Assembly (NCBI GenBank): GCA_048940925.1
Contig: JBHLOC010000020.1
Location: 21,777-85,776, forward strand
Length of the DNA: 64,000 bases
Direction: 5' to 3'
Source of the DNA: Promethearchaeota archaeon
GTDB taxonomy: Archaea > Asgardarchaeota > Lokiarchaeia > Sigyniarchaeales > SOKP01
The notes under the pieces were generated by a model that saw only the letters and a program-made list of their open reading frames with translations, did not search any database and was not told the DNA's origin. Positions 19,492-29,537 of this stretch are shown here, piece after piece. Made by a program: the position numbers and the translations under genes. How positions within the stretch are numbered: the first letter of the stretch is position 1; the number at the start of each line of letters is the position of its first letter.

Positions 19492-20436
19492 TTGACAGAA
19501 AAATTCAGATTTGGTATAGTTGGGGTAGGACCAACTGGAGGAATTTTAGCAGCTCATCTAGCCAAAGCAGACCATGATGTTATTCTCGTTGACATAAATA
19601 AAAGTCATATGGATGAGATAAAAAAAAATGGTCTCATCATAACTAATTTTCGAGAATTCAAAACAAAATTCCCTAAAAAAAATATTTGTTATTCTATAAA
19701 TGAACTTCAAAATAAAGAAGTAAATACAATATTTATTGCTGTTAAAGCATTTCTCCTCATGGACATCTTACCACAAATTAAAAAAGTTGTGAAACCTAAT
19801 ACTACTATAATTAGTCTACAGAATGGTTTTGATACGGAAGAAGTCATTGCAGAGTTTTTTGGAAAAGAAAATACTATGCGTATTGTAGTTAATTATGCAG
19901 GATATTTAGAATTTCCCGGAATTATAAGTATGTCATTTTTCAACAGTCCCAATTATTTAGGTATATTGACACCTATCGCTGAAGAAAAAGCTAAAAAATT
20001 GGCAGAAATCATTACTAATGCAGGATTAGAAACGGTCTTTACTTCAGAGATCAAAAAATATGAATGGGCAAAATGCATTCTTAACACGATAAGTCCTATA
20101 TGTGTTACTACCGGTACTACCATAAAACAGGCATTAGAATTCAAAGATACTAGGAATCTGTGTAGAGAAATATTGCGTGAAGGAATAGAAGTTGCGAGAT
20201 CACATGGTATCGATTTTGAGCCTGAATTTTTAGAGTCTTGCATGAGTTATTTAGATAAGGCAGGACATCATAAAGTTTCTATGCAAGCAGATATAAATAA
20301 AGGAAATCCGACAGAAATAGAATTTCTCAATGGAAAGTTAGTAGAATATGGAAAAATGGAAGGAATTCCAACACCATATAACAAAATATTTGTTTCCTTA
20401 ATTAGAGCCTGTGAATTGCCTCCTGTTAATCGTTAA
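19492..20436 (+). CDS. panE: Ketopantoate reductase / 2-ketoacid reductase family
   Basis: GVGPTGG, AVKA, SLQNG, WAKCILN, SMQADINKGNPTEIEFLNG. Confidence 0.8.
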   Translation: MTEKFRFGIVGVGPTGGILAAHLAKADHDVILVDINKSHMDEIKKNGLIITNFREFKTKFPKKNICYSINELQNKEVNTIFIAVKAFLLMDILPQIKKVVKPNTTIISLQNGFDTEEVIAEFFGKENTMRIVVNYAGYLEFPGIISMSFFNSPNYLGILTPIAEEKAKKLAEIITNAGLETVFTSEIKKYEWAKCILNTISPICVTTGTTIKQALEFKDTRNLCREILREGIEVARSHGIDFEPEFLESCMSYLDKAGHHKVSMQADINKGNPTEIEFLNGKLVEYGKMEGIPTPYNKIFVSLIRACELPPVNR

Positions 20437-20465
20437 TCAATTTATATTTTAATTACAGTTAAATT

Positions 20466-21251
20466 ATGTCTAATGATCTATTTTTTGTAGGTATTGATGT
20501 TGGAACCTCATATGTAAAATCTCTTGTTATTAATAAAATTAAAGAGGTTGTCAGTTTTCATGTTAAGCGTACCGGTATTTCTATTGAGGAATCAAGCAAA
20601 ATTGCTTTTAAGGAAGCCATTTCGAAAGTTTCGTTATCTAAGAGCCAGATAAATCATATTACAGCTACGGGATTTGGAAAAAATAAGATTTCTTTTGCAG
20701 ATACTACCAAAACTGAAATAATATGTCATGCAAAGGGAGCATATCATTACTTTCCTAGGAGGATTACAGTTATTGATATAGGAGGTCAAGATACAAAAGT
20801 TATTAAGCTTGATGAGGAAGGAAAAATAACTAGGTTTAAGATGAATAGAAAATGTGCTGCTGGAACTGGTGTATTTATTGAGGAAATTGCAAATCGACTT
20901 GACATACCATTGAATGAGATGAATACCTTAGCGATTAAATCTACAAAGAATACCCCACTTGCAAGTTTTTGTACAGTTTTTGCAAAAACAGAAATTCTTA
21001 CACGTATAAAAGAAGGAGAAAAAGCTGAAGATTTAGTTAAAAGTGCATTTGAATCCGTAATAAGGAGAGTAATTGAGATGATAGAATTAGAAGGTACAAT
21101 AGTTGTTACTGGTGGAGTTATAGCTCATAATAGCATTATTGGAGAGATCTTGAAAAGAGAAATAGGTACTGATGTTTTAATTCCACCAAACCCGCAATTA
21201 ATAGGAGCTCTTGGAGCAGCATTATTTGCAATAGAAAAAAATTTCAAATAG
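20466..21251 (+). CDS. 2-hydroxyacyl-CoA dehydratase activator (HgdC/FldI-like ATPase)
   Basis: GIDVGT, TGFG, DIGGQD, MNRKCAAGTG, CTVFA. Confidence 0.88.
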   Translation: MSNDLFFVGIDVGTSYVKSLVINKIKEVVSFHVKRTGISIEESSKIAFKEAISKVSLSKSQINHITATGFGKNKISFADTTKTEIICHAKGAYHYFPRRITVIDIGGQDTKVIKLDEEGKITRFKMNRKCAAGTGVFIEEIANRLDIPLNEMNTLAIKSTKNTPLASFCTVFAKTEILTRIKEGEKAEDLVKSAFESVIRRVIEMIELEGTIVVTGGVIAHNSIIGEILKREIGTDVLIPPNPQLIGALGAALFAIEKNFK

Positions 21252-21408
21252 TAATTCTCTTAACATTATTAAGTAACGTTTTAACTGGTTTTAAATTTGA
21301 AATTTTATTAAGGAATCCTCAAATCAAATTTATATAGTTGAATTAACCATTTTAGGTTACAGATCAAGTCATTGATCATTTTTACAAAAACTAATTAGAA
21401 GATAAAAA

Positions 21409-24400
21409 ATGATGAACTCTAAATTTAATAAAAAGAAACTTATTTCGTTTTTAGCAATCCTAACATTAGTTTTACTGGGAGTTTTCAACTTAAATTTAGG
21501 ATACGCTATTCAATGGGAAGGAGATGGAGCAACTTTTGAACCTGATGTTGAACACCCCACTCAATATGGCGTGTTTATCCCCGAACCAAATATATATGCT
21601 ACCATGTATGTAGATGCATCAAATCAAGGTCGATATGCAATGATGAATTGGCTTGGAGGAGAACTCGATTCAGAACTTGTAGATTATCCCGGCAAGGATA
21701 TTTCACATTTATATCCTTGGTATTTCGATAGCTACGTAAGAGACACAACAACAGATAATGATTATCTCGATCCTTGGGATGTTAATTGGATAAATGTGAC
21801 TGCACTTAATCCTCAGAACAACACACTTTCACCCTATACTCTTAATTCTGTTTTTGATTATTATGTGATGACTGAAGGAAATTCTCTCAATGTTCCAGTA
21901 CATAGTTCTTTCCCCATGCAAATTGATCTTGTACTAAATAGTAAAGGTCCTAAAATCTTAAAGTTTGATTGGTTAACTGATGATCCTACAATTGATCCTC
22001 TAGATGATATAGCATTAGTATCTCCATCAGGTAAGTTAGTAGATTCACAATTAGGATTAGTTGAAGCACCAGGTTTATTCGCTACTTTTGAAGTTTTTAA
22101 CTTTCTTGCTTTTGTAGCTCATCAAAGGGGAACTTATAGACTATTAATAAATGCAGCTTATGCTGAACCTATGAGTTTAGCTTTAGAATTTTTAAAAACC
22201 CCTATAACCAATTTACCGTTGAATACTTTAAGATTTGGAGGGAATGGAGATGATAACCCTAGTATACAAGATCTTTGGGATATAAAATGGCAGAATGATT
22301 GGTTTAGGATCAATGGTAAGAAAGGGGATATGTTTAGATTAGATATTGGAATAGATTATACAGATATATATCCACAGGTCAATTTTTGGGCTCCTTGTGC
22401 GAATGGATATGTAAATTATGAACCTATAGCTCCAATTCCAGGAATATATGATGTTTATTTTCCTGCTACTGGACCATTATATGTCTCATTCATCGACGAA
22501 ACAGTTCAAGAGATTTATAGATATTCATTATATCTTAGTGAATTTGAAACTTTGGACTATAATATTGGAGATAATTTGACTACTATAAGAGTTGACAGAG
22601 ACCAGAGAAAAGCAATAGAATTTGATATCGAAGAGGATTCCTTTGTCGAATTTAACTATACGCTATTCCCTCAACCGTTAGGTAATCCTACAATCTATGC
22701 ACCAGGAGGAAATTATTACTTTCTTTATGAAAATTCGAAAAGACTTGAGTGTGTTAATGTTTTTGGTCCTATTGAAACAAAACCCTTAAGTGATGAAACA
22801 TTTTATTACTATTACTTACCTGCTGGAACATATAAAGCTTTTATTGCTAACACAAATGTGAATTATGATGGTGTTGTCCAAATAAGCTCAAAATACGTAG
22901 AGGAAGGAAATGGTACAATTCCAATTAATTATTTAACTTATCCAGATACAAATCCTTCTCAATTCCTTACAGTTGAATTCGATCCACATGAATATTATAA
23001 TGGTATTCATGAAGGCAAATATGTCTATTTAAATATTACAGAACCTGGTCAATATATACTAAATACGACAATATATACTGCAGATAATTTAGCAGGTACA
23101 CCACTGTCAGCGGATCCAGCTGCTGTAGTCGTGTATAATTCAAGTGCTCCTTTTGGTGGCTCATACCATGATTGGACAGAAGAAGCTTTAGATCCTTCAA
23201 AATCATTTCCAGCATTTTCTAATGATACGGCAGGAGAACAAACAGATGATATTCTTTTCATAGCATACTCACAAAAATGGCACGATATGGAATTTAATTT
23301 TTCACAAGTAGGAATAAGAGAAAATGTTAATTTAGATCTAAGCTTTTTTACTTATGATGGCACTGACTTTACAAGCGATGTTAGTGAAACATTAGATACT
23401 ACAACTGAGTTTACGTCTGATGGCACTATTGTGCTAAATTTATTAGATCCTCAATACTTAAGTTGGATACCTGGAGCAGATTTTGATTTACCTGGTATAA
23501 AAGAAGATGACTATTATTGGCTAGCTATTCAATTAACATCAACTACTGATTTTAGTCAACTACCTTATATTCAATTATTAAAATTATCAAATATTACTTT
23601 ACAAGGAGATGTAAACTTTGCACTTATAAGAGATAGTGGGTATGAATACGGTGATTACTGGAACCCCACTATAGAAACAGAACCTACTGATCTCTTAATA
23701 AATCAAGAAGCTACAAATTTATATGATTCTAGTGAAACATTAATATTCGAAACCTCATCTCCATATACCATAGGCTTTGAAGAAGGTGTCTATAAATTAT
23801 TAATCATTCCATATGGATGGGGTGGTGTCGAACCAATTAAAATAAAATTTGCAGTTGAAAACTATTGGTCTTATAGGCATCAGGAAAATTATAACATTAC
23901 TGCTGAACCGAATCTATATCTGCATCAAATTAATAATTATACTGCTGGAGCCTATGGACAAGGAAATACACCCGTATACAACTATTCTGGAACTTATACT
24001 TTTAATAGTACAGAAACGATACTACCTAGTTTCTTAGGAAGTAATGGTTATTTTGTATTGGAATGTTTTGGTGATATTTACAAATGGACTCAATTAGTTG
24101 TTGCAACTAACAATGTATCGCAATATGAACTTTATATAATGCAAGATCTTCCGTGGGTTACTAATACTGGCCCACATGACTTAGAAGTAGAGAGTAGATA
24201 TTCTGTACCACCAACACCTATTAATACTACTAATGAATTTGGTGTACTTTCTGATCATTTCTATTTAATCTTTGAATTTCAACCTACATTCTTGGATGAG
24301 ATAGTGACTTTCAGGATCGATTTAACTCAATATAATACTACTATATTAACTACAAGTGTACCTATTGCATCATACAAGCCCCCTCTTAATATGGCACTTG

Positions 24401-24498
24401 TCTTGGGATTAGCTATTGGTATTCCTGTTGCCGCAGGAATAATTGTTATGATTTATGTCCTTAAAAAGCGAGGAAAAATCTTATCAAAAACCCCTTAA
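21409..24498 (+). CDS. Large secreted/cell-surface protein with C-terminal membrane anchor
   Basis: N-terminal signal peptide, acidic beta-rich body with many NxS/T sequons, C-terminal TM helix followed by KKRGK. Confidence 0.85.
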   Translation: MMNSKFNKKKLISFLAILTLVLLGVFNLNLGYAIQWEGDGATFEPDVEHPTQYGVFIPEPNIYATMYVDASNQGRYAMMNWLGGELDSELVDYPGKDISHLYPWYFDSYVRDTTTDNDYLDPWDVNWINVTALNPQNNTLSPYTLNSVFDYYVMTEGNSLNVPVHSSFPMQIDLVLNSKGPKILKFDWLTDDPTIDPLDDIALVSPSGKLVDSQLGLVEAPGLFATFEVFNFLAFVAHQRGTYRLLINAAYAEPMSLALEFLKTPITNLPLNTLRFGGNGDDNPSIQDLWDIKWQNDWFRINGKKGDMFRLDIGIDYTDIYPQVNFWAPCANGYVNYEPIAPIPGIYDVYFPATGPLYVSFIDETVQEIYRYSLYLSEFETLDYNIGDNLTTIRVDRDQRKAIEFDIEEDSFVEFNYTLFPQPLGNPTIYAPGGNYYFLYENSKRLECVNVFGPIETKPLSDETFYYYYLPAGTYKAFIANTNVNYDGVVQISSKYVEEGNGTIPINYLTYPDTNPSQFLTVEFDPHEYYNGIHEGKYVYLNITEPGQYILNTTIYTADNLAGTPLSADPAAVVVYNSSAPFGGSYHDWTEEALDPSKSFPAFSNDTAGEQTDDILFIAYSQKWHDMEFNFSQVGIRENVNLDLSFFTYDGTDFTSDVSETLDTTTEFTSDGTIVLNLLDPQYLSWIPGADFDLPGIKEDDYYWLAIQLTSTTDFSQLPYIQLLKLSNITLQGDVNFALIRDSGYEYGDYWNPTIETEPTDLLINQEATNLYDSSETLIFETSSPYTIGFEEGVYKLLIIPYGWGGVEPIKIKFAVENYWSYRHQENYNITAEPNLYLHQINNYTAGAYGQGNTPVYNYSGTYTFNSTETILPSFLGSNGYFVLECFGDIYKWTQLVVATNNVSQYELYIMQDLPWVTNTGPHDLEVESRYSVPPTPINTTNEFGVLSDHFYLIFEFQPTFLDEIVTFRIDLTQYNTTILTTSVPIASYKPPLNMALVLGLAIGIPVAAGIIVMIYVLKKRGKILSKTP

Positions 24499-25051
24499 AA
24501 TCAATTATTTAATTATCTTTTTTTTTCTTAAATCTTTTATATATATCATAATTTAACCTTCATTATTTATATACTATTTTGAAACCCATCAAATTTTTTC
24601 GTCATAATTTAAAGTTTGATACCTTTTTTTATATTCAAGATTACGATTTTACCAGTATGGAAAATCTAGCTTTAAACTTTAAAATTTTAATTGTTCTGGG
24701 GTTTTAATTCTAATTTGAATCTTATTAACTTCTTAATAAAATTGTAAATTGTTTTTATTAAAAGTAAGTTGATCAAGACTTTGTTATAGAATTGGGATAA
24801 TAATTTTTAAAAAAAATGATTTTTTTCCTATATTTTTGAAGAAAAATTTTTTTGCGCAGTTAAATTTATGAGCTCTTTTAGCTTTTATTTGTAAACTAAG
24901 GATGTATGAGAGAAATGTAAAATCTATAAATACACATTAGTAGCATACCAATACAATTCACATAATAATGGAACAGAACGTTCATAAGATTGACGAAACA
25001 TTTATTAAGATAGGAAAAAATATATATATTTAGAAAAAAATTTTTTTTTCT

Positions 25052-25123
25052 AGTAGTGGAATGTTTGTTTTTAGGCCATAATTTATTCCTCCACGAATAA
25101 AACTAAAAATTCATTCCATTACT
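25052..25123. ncRNA. Candidate structured small RNA / cis element (three stacked stems)
   Basis: 25052-63 pairs with 25112-23, 25068-74 with 25103-09, 25082-88 with 25095-101; loop CUCCAC; TATA-like run upstream and poly-T downstream. Confidence 0.35.
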
Positions 25124-25227
25124 TTTTTCTTTTTTTAATTATGTTTTTAAATTTATAAATTGTGAAATTTAAATTTTATTTAATTAATTATTATTAATAA
25201 TGAATAAAAAAGGAATTGTTTTAATTG

Positions 25228-26430
25228 CTAATAATCTTCAGATTTTACTTTTTTTAACTCCTCAATTAAAGCAGGTATAATCTCATGAAGATCTCCAATA
25301 ATACCATAGTGAGCCACCTTAAAAATAGGAGCATTAGGATCTTTGTTGATTGCTACGATTATTTTTGAATTTTGCATACCCACTACATGTTGAATAGCCC
25401 CTGAAATTCCACATGCGATATATAATTTTGGAGACACGGCTTTACCAGTTTGACCTACTTGTCTTTCTTGAGGTATCCAATTTAATTCAACAGTAACTCT
25501 TGAACCCGCTAATTCCGCTCCTAATAGATCCGCTAATTCTTCAATAAGTTTAAATTTTTCTTTAGATCCAACACCCCTTCCACCTGCTACAATGATTTCG
25601 GCATCTTCAAGGTTAATAGGAATCTTTTTTTTATCAATAATTTTTACAATTTTCGAAACAGCATCTTTTTTTTCGAATGTATAATCAATTTTAGTTATAT
25701 TACTCTTTCTTCTTAATTTTTCAGCTGTTTTGAATATACCAGGTCTTACTGTAGCCATTTGAGGTCTATTGTAAGGTGTACGAATCGTGGCTAAAATATT
25801 TCCACCATAAGTTGGACGTGTCTGTAAGAGATTTCTAGTTTTCAGATCAATATCCAAACCGGTACAGTCTGCTGTTAGACCAGCATTGAGTCTTTTTGCA
25901 ACTCTTGGTGCAAAATCTCTTCCTGTGGGAGTAGCTCCTATTAATACTATTTCTGGTTTTTTCTCAAGAATTAGTTGTGTTAATACTTTTGTGTATAAAT
26001 CAGAATAATAATTTTTTAATATTGACGATTTGACATAAATTATCTCATCTGTTCCATACTGAGAAAACTCTTCTAATTGCTCATCAAATTTATCTCCTAA
26101 AATGATAAGAGACAAATCGACTTCTAATAAATCTGCTAATTCTTTTCCTTTACTTAATAATTGGAAAGCTACAGGATGAATTTTATTTTTATAATGTTCA
26201 GCAATAACCCAAATACCCTCATATTGCGAAAAGTCAACTTTTTCTCCTTTTATTTCTTTCCTTTCTAAAATAATTGCGTCAACAGGACAAGCTTCAACAC
26301 AAGCTCCACACAAATTGCACTTTTCATTAAACACCGCTTTATTGTCAACTATCTCAATTCCCCCATATGGGCAATGATCTAAACAGGTAGCACAACCAGT
26401 ACAAAGTTCATCATCAATAACAATACTCAT
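25228..26430 (-). CDS. etfA: Electron transfer flavoprotein alpha subunit with N-terminal 2x[4Fe-4S] domain
   Basis: CTGCATCLDHCP, CNLCGACVEACP, GLTADCT, QVGQTG, GISGAIQH. Confidence 0.93.
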   Translation of the reverse strand: MSIVIDDELCTGCATCLDHCPYGGIEIVDNKAVFNEKCNLCGACVEACPVDAIILERKEIKGEKVDFSQYEGIWVIAEHYKNKIHPVAFQLLSKGKELADLLEVDLSLIILGDKFDEQLEEFSQYGTDEIIYVKSSILKNYYSDLYTKVLTQLILEKKPEIVLIGATPTGRDFAPRVAKRLNAGLTADCTGLDIDLKTRNLLQTRPTYGGNILATIRTPYNRPQMATVRPGIFKTAEKLRRKSNITKIDYTFEKKDAVSKIVKIIDKKKIPINLEDAEIIVAGGRGVGSKEKFKLIEELADLLGAELAGSRVTVELNWIPQERQVGQTGKAVSPKLYIACGISGAIQHVVGMQNSKIIVAINKDPNAPIFKVAHYGIIGDLHEIIPALIEELKKVKSEDY

Positions 26431-26444
26431 CTATTTTGTTCCTC

Positions 26445-27263
26445 TTAAAGTATCTTATCTTTTTTTAAATTCAAACATAATTCTTTAGATACTTCTTCTG
26501 GGGTTCCCTTTAAAATAATATGATCACCTTTTCTTTCTGGAATAAAAATTTTCCATACCTCAGTCATTGAACCATTTAAACCAATTTTAGTCTTATCGGC
26601 ATCTAGCTCCTCAGCATTTAAATAAATAACTTTTTTCTTTTGATAAGCATGAACAATTCCAGATGAAGTAGGAGATCGTGGTTTATTAATCTCTTTTAAT
26701 ACAGAAATTAAGGCGGGTAATTCCGTTTCAATTATCACTACCTCTTCTGTTCTGAAAGTCCTTTCAACACTTATTTTACTTCCTTTCAATGTAAATCTTT
26801 GTACATAAGTTATTTGGGGAATCTCTAACTCTTCTGCTAATTCTGGTGCTACTTGGGCAGTATTTCCATCAATCGCTTCAGTTCCGCAAATAACAAGATA
26901 TCTTTCCAACTTTTTTTTCTCTTTTAGCACTTTTTTAATAGCAAGTGCAAGAGTATAAGATGTCGCTAAGGTATCTGCTCCCGCAAAAGAAGGGTCTGTT
27001 AATAAAAAAGCTTTATCTACTCCCATTGCTAATGCTTCTCTTAATGCTTCTTCAGCTTGAGGAGGACCCATGCTTATAGCTATCACATCAGCACTGTGGT
27101 GTTCTTTTATTGATAGAGCGAGCTCAATAGCATGTTTATCATAGGGATTTATAATTGAAGGAATTCCCTCTCTCACTAGAGTATTAGTAATTGGATCAAT
27201 CCTTACTTCTGATACTCCCGGTACTTGTTTGATACAGACAAATATTGTAAGTATTTTTTCCAT
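26445..27263 (-). CDS. etfB: Electron transfer flavoprotein beta subunit
   Basis: CIKQVP, INPYD, SMGP, FAGADTLATS, DGNTAQV. Confidence 0.93.
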   Translation of the reverse strand: MEKILTIFVCIKQVPGVSEVRIDPITNTLVREGIPSIINPYDKHAIELALSIKEHHSADVIAISMGPPQAEEALREALAMGVDKAFLLTDPSFAGADTLATSYTLALAIKKVLKEKKKLERYLVICGTEAIDGNTAQVAPELAEELEIPQITYVQRFTLKGSKISVERTFRTEEVVIIETELPALISVLKEINKPRSPTSSGIVHAYQKKKVIYLNAEELDADKTKIGLNGSMTEVWKIFIPERKGDHIILKGTPEEVSKELCLNLKKDKIL

Positions 27264-28420
27264 TACTGAAATCCTTTACGTAATAATTGATTTGCTATTA
27301 CTAATCTTTGAATTTCTGAAGTTCCTTCATAAATTTCACCCATCTTAGCATCACGGAAGTATCGTTCAACGGGATATGCTTTCATTAGACCATAACCTCC
27401 ATGTATTTGGCAGGCATCATGAGCAGCTTGCATTGCTGCTTCTGATGCAACGAGTTTTGCCATGGAGCTAGTTAATCCGTAATCAATACCTTTATCGCAT
27501 AAATATGCTGCTTTATAAGTTAATAACCTCGCAGACTCAACAGCACAAGCCATATTAGATATCATCCATTGTATTCCTTGAAATCTTCCTATGGGACGCC
27601 CAAACTGGACACGTTCATTAGCATATCTCACTGAAGCTTCTAATGCAGCTTGACCAAGACCAACACATTGTGCAGCAATAGAAATTCTTCCAAAATCTAA
27701 AATTTGCATTGTTAATCTAAATCCATCTCCAATTTTACCTAGAATATTTTCCTGAGGAATTCGAACATCTTGAAATACCAGTTCAGAAGTATTTGATGCT
27801 CGTACTCCTAACTTATCTTCTTTTACTCCCACAGAATAACCTGGTGTGTCAGAATCAACAATAAAGATTGTTAATTCTTTTCTTGTTTCTTTCTCACCAG
27901 TTTTAGCTACTACAAGTAGAGTGTTTGCTATACCTCCATTTGTAGCAAAGATTTTACTACCATTTAAAATCCATTCATCTCCATCTTTTTCGGCATTTAG
28001 TTGAACACCTGCTGCATCTGAACCTGCATTTGCTTCAGTTAAACAAAAAGCTCCAATTTTATTACCTTTAGCTAGATCAATTAGAAATTGTTGCTTTTGG
28101 TCCTCAGTTCCAAATTTATAGATTGGGTATGCACACACGCTACAATGAACTCCTGTTGTAATTGACCATGATGCATCAACTCTCCCTATTTCTTCAGTTA
28201 CTACACAAAAACTGATAGTGTCATCATGAAGACCTGCACCACCATACTCTTCAGGTATACATGTGCCAAAATAATTCATTTCTTTCATTTTTTGAAAAAC
28301 TTCCTGATCCAATTTTTGCTTCTGATCACTTTCTTCAGCTACGGGTGCAATATACTCCTCAGCAAACTCCCGCGTTATTTTTCTTAACATTTTTTGTTGT
28401 TCATTTAAAGAAAAATCCAT
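27263..28420 (-). CDS. Acyl-CoA dehydrogenase (Bcd-like)
   Basis: FCLTEANAGSDA, LNGSKIFATNG, QIHGGYG, IYEGTSEIQR. Confidence 0.93.
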   Translation of the reverse strand: MDFSLNEQQKMLRKITREFAEEYIAPVAEESDQKQKLDQEVFQKMKEMNYFGTCIPEEYGGAGLHDDTISFCVVTEEIGRVDASWSITTGVHCSVCAYPIYKFGTEDQKQQFLIDLAKGNKIGAFCLTEANAGSDAAGVQLNAEKDGDEWILNGSKIFATNGGIANTLLVVAKTGEKETRKELTIFIVDSDTPGYSVGVKEDKLGVRASNTSELVFQDVRIPQENILGKIGDGFRLTMQILDFGRISIAAQCVGLGQAALEASVRYANERVQFGRPIGRFQGIQWMISNMACAVESARLLTYKAAYLCDKGIDYGLTSSMAKLVASEAAMQAAHDACQIHGGYGLMKAYPVERYFRDAKMGEIYEGTSEIQRLVIANQLLRKGFQ

Positions 28421-28663
28421 GATTTATCAATTCTCCAATTATTTTTATTTATGTTTTAAAATTAAACTAATGAAATTAACTATTTTAAAAGAATGGCTAT
28501 AATTATATTTTATTACTTGAGTATGGTTCACAGGAGATATCAACCATTTTCTACTTTTTTTATTACTCATACTTTCAAAATTCTTAATCTTTTATTATTA
28601 TTTAAAAAAATATGAGGTTTTAAAATATGTGAATTTAAATCTATTGTATGAATTAATTAAATT

Positions 28664-29476
28664 ATGAAAAGTGATAAGAATCATTTCAAATTATCAGAAC
28701 ATAAACCATATTTATATGTTATCAAGGAAAATATTTCTCTTGTTCATCCCGTTTATACAAATGATCCTCTGAACATATATTTACTTTTAGGATCTCATTC
28801 TGCTCTTTTGCTCGATACAGGATGTGGATTGCATCCATTAAAACCTATTGTAGATAATTTGATAAATAAGAGAAAGCTGTTAGTTTTTAATACTCATTAT
28901 CATTGGGATCATCCGCTGGGTAATGTAGAATTTGAAGAGGTATATATTCATGAAAATGAAGTGGATCTCGTTTCGAAACCTTATGATGTTTCATATTTTA
29001 AAGATTCTCCTAATGAAATTATAAAGATATATGCAGAACACAATTTTTTAATTCCTCCAGCAAAAACCATTAAATCATTAAAAGATGGAGATGTTTTTGA
29101 TTTAGGAGATATTGAAGTAAAAATAATACACTGTCCTGGACATTCTCCTGGTTCTATATGTTTGTTAACAAATACAGGTGAACTTTTTACAAGTGATGTT
29201 GCTTATTATGGAGATCAATTTCTACCAAAAAAAGAAAATTTCCCTATAGTTCTAAACTCGCTCTCTAAATTAATAGAATTATGTAAAACACGAAAACTTG
29301 AAATTTATCCTTCACATAGACAATTTCCGTGTGATAAGAGTTTATTGAAAGATCTTTATAAAGGTATTCAAAACATAGAGAATTTATGGGAAACTAAAAA
29401 GTCATTTGACTTTTTTGAAGCATGGCAAATTGATGATCCAAATGGTAAGTTTAGATATTTTGTGTCAAAAACATAA
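28664..29476 (+). CDS. MBL-fold metallo-hydrolase
   Basis: THYHWDH, PGHSPGS. Confidence 0.85.
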   Translation: MKSDKNHFKLSEHKPYLYVIKENISLVHPVYTNDPLNIYLLLGSHSALLLDTGCGLHPLKPIVDNLINKRKLLVFNTHYHWDHPLGNVEFEEVYIHENEVDLVSKPYDVSYFKDSPNEIIKIYAEHNFLIPPAKTIKSLKDGDVFDLGDIEVKIIHCPGHSPGSICLLTNTGELFTSDVAYYGDQFLPKKENFPIVLNSLSKLIELCKTRKLEIYPSHRQFPCDKSLLKDLYKGIQNIENLWETKKSFDFFEAWQIDDPNGKFRYFVSKT

Positions 29477-29537
29477 AAAATTTTATGTTGAATATATCTC
29501 ATAAATCTTTTTAGTTATTTTAATTTAGATATAAAAA

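Noticed and set aside
25052-25123. SECIS, C/D or H/ACA RNA
   Set aside because: The AUGA on the - strand has no opposing GA, neighbouring genes have no in-frame UGA, and there are no C/D boxes or ACA tail.
28524-28550. ATGGTT-N13-AACCAT inverted repeat upstream of the acyl-CoA dehydrogenase
   Set aside because: Single occurrence with spacing different from the TGGG-N8-CCCA motif; could be chance.
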